Below, piece after piece: positions 57,265 to 64,000 of a stretch of 64,000 nt of DNA (positions are counted from its first letter, which is position 1; each line of letters starts with the position of its first letter). Made by a program: the position numbers and the translations under genes. The stretch is from contig WRLU01000012.1 in NCBI GenBank assembly GCA_009777475.1, positions 1,122-65,121 on the forward strand, given 5' to 3'. The notes under the pieces were generated by a model that was not told the origin of the DNA, did no database searches, and saw nothing but the letters and a program-made list of their open reading frames with translations. This DNA is from Oscillospiraceae bacterium. Lineage in GTDB: Bacteria; Bacillota; Clostridia; Oscillospirales; UBA929.

Positions 57265-57303
57265 TCTCACCGAAGGATAATACTTGATTATCCTTCGGTG
57301 AGA
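57265..57303. repeat. Perfect 17-bp inverted repeat
   Basis: tctcaccgaaggataat (57265-57281), acttg loop, attatccttcggtgaga (57287-57303). Confidence 0.85.
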
Positions 57304-57431
57304 ATCATATCAGCTTTTTCGACAGATTGCAAGCCTAATTTTAGAGAAATTTACTTTGCTTTGCTTAAAAGCATGATGGCAGGGCGCAATGTCCTTCATT
57401 CCGGGAACTGCACCCTGCAAAAATGCGTCTG

Positions 57432-58295
57432 TCACTGCCCGAACGCAAGTTTGTTCCGCGGATGCTTGGCGGTCAGTATCCGGCGTTGCTTGGCTGCCGT
57501 AACTTGAGTGTAAATCTGTGTTGTCTGAATGGAGCTATGCCCAAGCATCCTCTGGATATAGCGGATGTCCACATCCTCCTCAAGCAGCAGTGTTGCGAAA
57601 GAATGCCTGAACATATGCGGCGTAATATTCGATAAAATACCCGCTTTGAGGCAAAATTTCTGTATCATTCTCCTCACTGACTGTTCGGAAAGGCGCATGG
57701 CAAACCGATTGAGGAAAAAACATCCTGTTTCATTGATTTGAGGCAGATATGCCTTTTTGTACTGCCGTAAAGCACACAAAACTTCACGGTTCCCGATTTG
57801 CAGCACACGCTCTTTCGCCCCCTTTCCCATGATGCGGATGCTGCCATCGTCAAGATTTACATCATTTACATCCAGCGAGCAGAGTTCAGAAACCCTTACG
57901 CCCGTTGCAAACAACAACTCAATCACAGCAACATCCCGCAGTGCCGCACGAGAGGCAAACACTGTCTGCGCCTGTGTAAGCTCGTCATACACAGCAGAAA
58001 ATATTTTTTTAATTGTCCTCAGAGGTATGGTTTGAGGGAGCATTTGCGGTTCTTTGAACTTTGTTTTTATCTTTTGGAGGGGGTTTTCAAGGATCATTTC
58101 CTCGAATTCTAAATAATTGAAAAACGCTTTGATGCTGGCAAGCTTTCGTTTCACGCTTTTGGGCTGATAGTTTTTGTGAAGATATGTAATATAGTTCATA
58201 ATGTTCGCTTTTGTGGTGATGCTTTCTAATTTCCCAGTATATCGCTGAAATTGTGCAAGGTCAATTGAATATGCCTTGATTGTTTTTTCACTCAA
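57432..58295 (-). CDS. Xer-like tyrosine recombinase/integrase
   Basis: SAM-like N-domain (KTIKAYSIDLAQFQRY) and catalytic HMFRHSFATLLLEEDVDIRYIQRMLGHSSIQTTQIYTQV. Confidence 0.88.
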   Translation of the reverse strand: MSEKTIKAYSIDLAQFQRYTGKLESITTKANIMNYITYLHKNYQPKSVKRKLASIKAFFNYLEFEEMILENPLQKIKTKFKEPQMLPQTIPLRTIKKIFSAVYDELTQAQTVFASRAALRDVAVIELLFATGVRVSELCSLDVNDVNLDDGSIRIMGKGAKERVLQIGNREVLCALRQYKKAYLPQINETGCFFLNRFAMRLSEQSVRRMIQKFCLKAGILSNITPHMFRHSFATLLLEEDVDIRYIQRMLGHSSIQTTQIYTQVTAAKQRRILTAKHPRNKLAFGQ

Positions 58296-58411
58296 TTTCT
58301 TTTAATTATGGAGATTAGAGAGGTATATGTCTATATCTTAAATTTTTGCATAGTTGATTGGGGGAATTGGGGAAAGGTAACTGGAAACAGCTGTGGAATA
58401 TGTTAACCCCC

Positions 58412-58440
58412 TTGCTAAACTCAAAAAAACAGAGTATAAT
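58412..58440 (+). promoter_or_regulatory. Promoter of AbrB/PIN cassette
   Basis: TTGCTA (58412-58417), 17-nt spacer, TATAAT (58435-58440). Confidence 0.5.
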
Positions 58441-58480
58441 TAAGTAAGGAATACAATGAAATTATATTAGGAGGATTGTC

Positions 58481-58756
58481 ATGGAATTAGCAAAAATCAC
58501 ATCCAAAGGGCAAATTACCCTACCGATTGAACTGCGGCGCAAGCTGAACCTTAAAGAAGGAGGTAAGGTTGCTTTTATTGAAAATCACAACGGTTACACA
58601 GTGGTAAATCCGCTGTTGATTGCTATTGATGATGCACAAAAGGCTTTTGCAGGAGAAGCCCAGCGGCTTGGTCTGAAAACTGAGGATGATGTTGTTGCGA
58701 TAGTCAAGGAAGTGCGGCAGGAGATGTGGGAGGAGCAAAATGCGGATAGCGATTGA
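58481..58756 (+). CDS. AbrB/MazE/SpoVT family antitoxin
   Basis: MELAKITSKGQITLPIELRRKLNLKEGGKVAF. Confidence 0.8.
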   Translation: MELAKITSKGQITLPIELRRKLNLKEGGKVAFIENHNGYTVVNPLLIAIDDAQKAFAGEAQRLGLKTEDDVVAIVKEVRQEMWEEQNADSD

Positions 58757-59141
58757 TACCAATGTGTTTGTTTCCATTTTAGTGTTCGGGAGCAAGCCGC
58801 TGGGTAATATGCTTGCAAATATTTGTGAAAACCATACGCTTGTGCTGTCATCTTATGTGATAGAAGAGCTTATTCGTGTTGTCCAAACAAAATTCCCAGG
58901 CAAATTGGCGGCAATGGATAATATTCTGCTCAATATGCCGTATGAGTCAGAATATACGCCGCATAAATTGCCAAAACATAATCTTTTTGAAATTCGGGAC
59001 ATTAAAGATGAAAAGGTTTTATATTCAGCAATCACTGCCGATGTGGATATTTTGATCACAGGCGACAAAGATTTTCAAGACCTCGGACTGGAACACCCGG
59101 AAATTCTGACACCATCAGAATTTTTAAAACAGTACGGATAA
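58740..59141 (+). CDS. PIN-domain toxin
   Basis: MRIAIDTNVFVS ... ITADVDILITGDKDFQDL. 17-nt overlap with the antitoxin gene. Confidence 0.8.
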   Translation: MRIAIDTNVFVSILVFGSKPLGNMLANICENHTLVLSSYVIEELIRVVQTKFPGKLAAMDNILLNMPYESEYTPHKLPKHNLFEIRDIKDEKVLYSAITADVDILITGDKDFQDLGLEHPEILTPSEFLKQYG

Positions 59142-59257
59142 TAAAATTCCTTGCGGATGTCCTAACAGCAGACAGAAAATCTCTGAGAAACTCCAATTCA
59201 AATATATTAGCTGGTACATCCTGTTAAGAATCTGTCTCGTTACAGCAATTTAGGGAT

Positions 59258-59293
59258 ACGCCGGATGTTCTGCTGATGCAAGTCATCCGGCGT
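59258..59293. terminator. Bidirectional hairpin between PIN toxin and sigma-like gene
   Basis: acgccggatg ... catccggcgt 10-bp stem. Confidence 0.5.
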
Positions 59294-59317
59294 TATCTTT
59301 CGACCATGTTGTATTGG

Positions 59318-59889
59318 TCATATCCCCCCATCCGGGAAAAACTTCTCCAGCAGTTCCATGCAGTCCTTGGAAGTATATCCCCAAAGAATTGAACTCAGTG
59401 CCTCAATTGCTTCCCTTCGGTGGCGGTAATATGTCCGATAGGAGATATAGCTGATGTGCGGACGCAGTGTTTCGATGATTTCGTTCACGCTTTTCAGTTC
59501 TTGCGGAGAGAGATAGGTGAATACAGCACCCAATAAAATGTTTCGCCGAATTTATGCTTTGACCGGAGCAAATCGACCGCAGATTCAAGCATTTTGACCA
59601 TCTTGTTGCTTTGTTCGATGCACCTGGCATGATGCTCAATGCCTGAGTCTTTGAATTCTACGCCGGCTAGGTAAACAGAGTCCAAAAACTCGTCAACAGA
59701 ACTGCCGAACTCAACTTCAAAGCTTTTCTTGAGGTGCTGAACGGATAATTCCAGACTCCAAAGCACATCCCGGTATTTTCGGAGCAGTTTCCATGTGTCA
59801 TGGAACAGTGGGTTTTCATTTTCCGCCTCTTCACCTTGGCGGGTCTTTTGGTGTTTATGGTATATTATGTTCGTTCCAAGCCCATACAA
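59318..59889 (-). pseudogene. Conjugative-transposon-type sigma-70 region-4-like regulator, frameshifted
   Basis: Two overlapping ORFs (59494-59889 and 59318-59533) together give NPLFHDTWKLLRKYRDVLWSLE ... KFGETFYWVLY / TYLSPQELKSVNEIIETL ... RTYYRHRREAIEALSSILWGY. The 5' end merges into the ATPase gene. Confidence 0.6.
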
Positions 59890-60820
59890 TCAAATATGCT
59901 AAGGTAATAACACGCCGAACGCCCGCAGAAGCATTCGTAATTGGAACTTCACCGTACGGATGCACGATAGTCGGAATTTCGCGTTTATCGTTTAAGGTTC
60001 TTATAGGAGTTCCGGGAGTTAGTTCCCCCATGTCTGGGGGTGACATCTCTTTAAGAACTTTTTTTAGCACCTCAAACGACGACTCGTCAGAGTTAGAGGT
60101 GCGCTGCCAGCTTACCCAATCTCGCAACAACCCTTCAATCGCTTCGGAACCATTCCATACTTCTTCGCGAGTGAAAACATGTTTTGAGGATGTATTAACA
60201 TCATATTGTTGCGCAGGATCCCAGACGGCGTATGAACCGTCAACTCTTGCATAAACAATTAAGCCGGGAATTGAAGGAGCATTTTTGCTTTTGGGCCAAG
60301 TTCCATTCTTTTTATCGTATTTAACGATTTCTTTCATTGGAATACCTTTTTTGTTTGCAAGCGCATAAGAAATGGTTGGTTTGGACGTGACGCTCATTGG
60401 ACGCGCAACATCATCGCACCATTCGCCAGTTAATGCCCACCAAGAGCATTCCATAACGAAAGACTTCCCGAGTCCATTATCGCCAGTAATTATATTAAGC
60501 CTACTATTGGGTTCCATAATAATTGATGATGCCGGTCCCACATTTTTCAATTCTAAGAACGATAGAGTTGCTCCTCTACTTGGCGTTGCATCTGGAGCAG
60601 GTTCAATGCTATTGCATAAATCTTCCCATGCTACAGCATTAGGCCGAAAAGGATTAGATACTGGATAGCCTTCAATATCTTGAGTAAATAAACTGGAAAT
60701 TTCTTTGTCAGTTAGGTGATACATATTAACAAAGGTTTGCATGACCATCTCTTTCGTAGTTTCTTCTGGCCACTTATGGTACTTTAGTACCCAAACGGCA
60801 AAATCAAATAGTGATAACAT
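59855..60820 (-). pseudogene. SMC/RecF-like AAA ATPase, 3'-truncated before Walker B
   Basis: Walker A ITGDNGLGKS and signature-like ITNASAGVRRVITLAYLIVWAWNEH, then a stop. No Walker B or D-loop follows. Confidence 0.6.
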
Positions 60821-60887
60821 TTTACCGCCTAACAGTCTATTTAGCTCACTGACATATTCATTTCTCCATCCCCATGTTTTTGTATCT

Positions 60888-61764
60888 TCAGTGTATAAAG
60901 GCCCCGGAAAAAGTTTGTATATTTATCGCTTGCAAACCAGCTGACGGGTATTTTTTCGTTATCCAATACTTATCCCTCGCATTAGATTTATATGGCTGAA
61001 AATAGTTGCGGGACTCAGGGTTTAGTTTATGGACATCGTTCATAAACCCTGCTGTCTTCCTATCCATCGGGAAATTTTGAGCAGTGCCAATCGGCAGCTC
61101 ATTTTTTTTGCATGTAAGAAATGTAATGCCATAGAAAGGATGTACATCTCTTAGATTCCTAATGGCAGTTAAAATAATAAAACCTATCTTTAGCAAACAT
61201 AAATACATATTCATAGCTTCGCCTTGGGCGATCCTTTACGGATTCGGGCAATGCTTTGTCTCTGTGCCAAATAATAGGTGTCCTGAGAATCCATTTCCGT
61301 GACATCATCTCTGTTGCAACGCGCCAAGGAACGCCAATGATTGATTTGCGTTGAATGCCTATACCAAGTCCTCCGCTTTTATCAACAGGACGCAAGCCAA
61401 ATCGTCTTTTCTTGCTCTTGGGATCATTGCCATGAGACTTGCCTTTTCCCGAATAATAAGTATCTCCCAAATTAAGGAAAAGCAAACCATCCTTGCGTAA
61501 AACGCGGTACGCCTCGTCCATAACCGAACATAGCACTCTAATATAAGCATTTACTGATTCTTCTAAACCTATTTGCCCTTCCATTCCATAATCGCGTAGA
61601 CAGTAGTACGGAGGCGATGTTATAATGCAGCTTATACTTTCGTCCGGGATGTCTTGCATAGCAATACGAGCGTCACCACAGTATAGTGTCCAATTCGCTC
61701 CTCTTGCCAAGTTCCCGCACCATTTATGAACCCCATTTTCCAATATGCGCTCTTCTGTAATCAC
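60888..61764 (-). pseudogene. Beta-class N4/N6 DNA methyltransferase, frameshifted and lacking recognisable AdoMet motif I
   Basis: The GTG at 61764 follows aaggaggtg and overlaps the upstream TAG. Motif IV is IITSPPYY, followed by RSYEYVFMFAKDRFYYFN and then a stop. The expected continuation AIRNLRDVHPF... is in another frame (ORF 60888-61214). Confidence 0.6.
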
Positions 61765-63237
61765 TATGTCACCTCCTTGTTTTTTGAAGAGCAATAGCTA
61801 TCAGAATCTATTACAACCCATCGCCCATTTTTTCTCGCGCCCTCGCGCTTCAACAAGCCTTTTTCTTGTAACGCCGCCATATCTGCCTTGACCGTTCGCA
61901 ACGATTTTCCAACCGCTGCGGCAATTTCCGTTTGTGTAGCGGTAGCATTATCTCTCAAAAATTCTAAAATCGCCTTTTCTGTTAAAGTGCAGTTTGTGGT
62001 GCAACTTAAAGGGCAATCGCTGACCTTTAATTGCACCTTATCCTTTTTAACTTCAAACGAATACTCATCATCAAGCGGCACAATAATCCTAAACACATCA
62101 CCGTCAATCAACTCTGGCGGTTTGCCGGAATAACGCGGGACATAATGGTACAGCTTCCTCACGCCGGAGCCAAGCTCGTCGGCGAGCCATATGTTACGGA
62201 AGAACGCCGCGATGGTCGGGTTCTTTGGGTTCGGCTCAAAGTTTTCGGGCGTTATAACGCCGCCGCTGACGGCGCGGTTAGCGTTTTCGGTGAACATCCT
62301 GTCCTTTTCGATAACGAATTTTGCGATGTATGAGCTTGTATATTCACGATGGATTAAAGTGTTCACCAACATTTCGCGGGTAATTATACTACGCAGACTG
62401 ATTCGCATATCTTTTTCTAAATAGAATTTATCCCATAAATGCTTTTCAGAAAATTTCGTAAGCTGCTCGTAACTTTCTATGAGGTTTGTCTGCACAATCA
62501 AGCGGTCGTCATAACGGTCGGTGTTTATTTTCCGCATAATTGCATCCGTGCGGTACGCCGGACTGACCGAACGAATAACATCGTCCTTACCGAGCAGCAT
62601 GACAGCCGCGAGGTTATAGCCTTTCTCTCCCGTTGCCATATCTTCGCCAATCAACCCCGCGCTTTGCAATAATTCCGCATCGGACATATCTTTCCACGGA
62701 TGCTCCTGATAACGGTTTACCGCCGTTTGACGAACACGCGGAAGAAGGTCGAATCGCAGATGTTCGTCCTTGACATAAGGGTAAATTTTCTTCTCGGTAA
62801 AAATGCTCTGCTTGCGGATATACATGGCGGCAATCTGGCTCGTTGCCGTTACTTTAATGTCAGCATCATTCACGCGGTCAAAGATTACTTTTTTATAACT
62901 GTGTACTTCCGAACTCGGCGGTACATGGATGCGGACAATGGTTTTGCTTTTATATTTGAGAATTTCGGGCGTTAGATAAACGGTAGGCGATATGACATCC
63001 GGGTTGCCAATCATCTTAAATAAAATTCTTGATTATATCCGGCGCCGCCTTTTCAGGAACGCCGCTGCGAACCTCGCCGTTATCCTCAACGCCGAGGAAA
63101 ATATCGCCGCCGTAACGGTTCAGAAACGAGCATACGGTTTCGTATGTGTCCGATTCAATCCCGTTACCGCAACGCTTGAACTCCACCGCTACAGTTTCAC
63201 CGACGGCAAATACATTTTTGAGTTTTTCGTTATTCAT
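61764..63237 (-). pseudogene. AlbA_2 (Schlafen-like) + HATPase_c_4 + wHTH protein (COG2865 type), split by a frameshift
   Basis: The 73-aa ORF (VAVEFKRCGNG ... GGDIFLGVEDNGEV) ends at 63016, inside the AlbA_2 domain. The 416-aa ORF continues from 63014 (NPDVISPTVYL ... VNTLIHREY ... ELGSGVRKL ... wHTH). Confidence 0.65.
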
Positions 63238-63464
63238 TGTTTTTTCGCCGCCTCCTTCGGTTCATCCATTACGATTTCGGATATATCGTCGAGGGTACAA
63301 CCGAGCGCAACACAAATACGGGCGAGTGTGTCGGTGTTCACGGTTTCGCCCCGAGCCATTTTCGCAAGAGATGTCCCGCTGACACCGGACATTCTGCTTA
63401 ATTCACCCTTTTTCAAATCCCTGTCTATTAAGAGCTTCCAAAGTTTTTTGTAACTCACGCCCAT
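63234..63464 (-). CDS. XRE-family HTH transcriptional regulator (76 aa)
   Basis: MGVSYKKLWKLLIDRDLKKGELSRMSGVSGTSLAKMARGETVNTDTLARICVALGCTLDDI. RBS gaggtgg. ATGA overlap with the next gene. Confidence 0.85.
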   Translation of the reverse strand: MGVSYKKLWKLLIDRDLKKGELSRMSGVSGTSLAKMARGETVNTDTLARICVALGCTLDDISEIVMDEPKEAAKKQ

Positions 63465-63645
63465 AGCGCCACCTCGTTCTACAAGCCGCAGCCTGTGGAT
63501 TATAGCAAGTATAACACAGCTAAAAGATAATTGCAAGTAAATATTTACGCGAACGCTAAATAATAAAATATATAGATTGTATTTGTAACGGATACATGAT
63601 ATAATCAAACTCAAAGTGAAATTAAAGCGAAGGCGGCGACCCGTT

Positions 63646-64000
63646 ATGAAAACCCCTAACAAGACATTACTTGACCTCAACCGTAACCCCACGCTTGACG
63701 AACTCCGCACGTTTTTCAAGGAGAACGACTGGTCTGCGGCGGCGTATATGGAGCTTGATTATGATAATCTGCCGGGTGATACTGTTGAGGCTCTCGAATA
63801 CATGAAGGGTATGCTGGACGAGCATTGGGGGCCGTTATCCCGTGAGAAGGGGTTAAAGTCGCATTCGGGATATTACGAGAAAGATAATCCGTTAATCGCC
63901 ATGCGCGATAACTTTGAAAATCTCATTTCCTCCGGCGTTTTCAAGCTGCTCAATGAGCAGCCGGAGAAAGTTGCGGCTATCCTCGAAGATTTTATGGACG
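63646..64000 (+). CDS. Hypothetical protein, 3' end off-window
   Basis: Open frame from ATG 63646 (MKTPNKTLLDLNRNPTLDELRTFFKENDWSAAAYMELDYDNL...) to the window edge with no stop. It is divergent from the HTH gene and absent from the ORF track because it has no stop codon. Confidence 0.45.
   Translation, partial: MKTPNKTLLDLNRNPTLDELRTFFKENDWSAAAYMELDYDNLPGDTVEALEYMKGMLDEHWGPLSREKGLKSHSGYYEKDNPLIAMRDNFENLISSGVFKLLNEQPEKVAAILEDFMD

Larger units (their letters stand above)
53945..59889. mobile_element. Composite debris of integrative/conjugative element(s) next to tRNA-Arg
   Basis: Contains a serine-recombinase tail stub, a TcpE/PrgI-like gene with an internal stop, a 5'-decayed M23 hydrolase, a frameshifted CTn-type sigma-like regulator, a Xer-like integrase and three TA pairs. 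No coupling ATPase, VirB4 or relaxase is present. Confidence 0.55.

Overview
This is a chromosomal window from a Firmicutes/Clostridia-type genome, judged from TTGACA/TATAAT promoters, AGGAGG ribosome-binding sites, an ftsE-ftsX-M23 operon, DUF1292, FapA and a type-A RNase P RNA. It falls into three zones.

Zone 1 (1-18 kb) is accessory and looks AT-richer by eye. It holds four large secreted proteins with unrelated head domains: GLUG+Big_2, M6-like metalloprotease, WG repeats and GLUG. All four end in the same Lys-rich C-terminal module of about 260-310 aa, which I do not recognise. Between them lie an island remnant (serine-recombinase stub, RhuM, GNAT, CPBP), an orphan OmpR-type response regulator and an orphan XkdQ-like phage baseplate gene.

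Zone 2 (18-53.9 kb) is mostly core: apbE, thyA, mtaB, glmM, M23-ftsX-ftsE, PucR-like, DUF1292, FapA, rnpB, NusG-II/Gx, an MCP, rpe, yebC, rplM-rpsI, an aldo/keto reductase, a lactate permease and a thiamine diphosphokinase. Its inserts are a solitary type III-like Mod methyltransferase beside rnpB, a fifth relative of the surface-protein family (41.7-44.1 kb), an AT-rich NYN-LOTUS/metallophosphoesterase islet and an orphan histidine kinase.

Zone 3 (53.9-64 kb) lies downstream of tRNA-Arg(ACG). It contains debris of conjugative/integrative elements with three type II toxin-antitoxin pairs and a Xer-like integrase. It also has a minus-strand defence-like operon (HTH, AlbA_2/HATPase_c_4, beta-class MTase, SMC-like ATPase) in which three of four genes are broken.

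The best candidate for something undescribed is the shared C-terminal module family. I saw no CRISPR array, rRNA or intact IS. All family names are recognised by eye from motifs; no database search was run.
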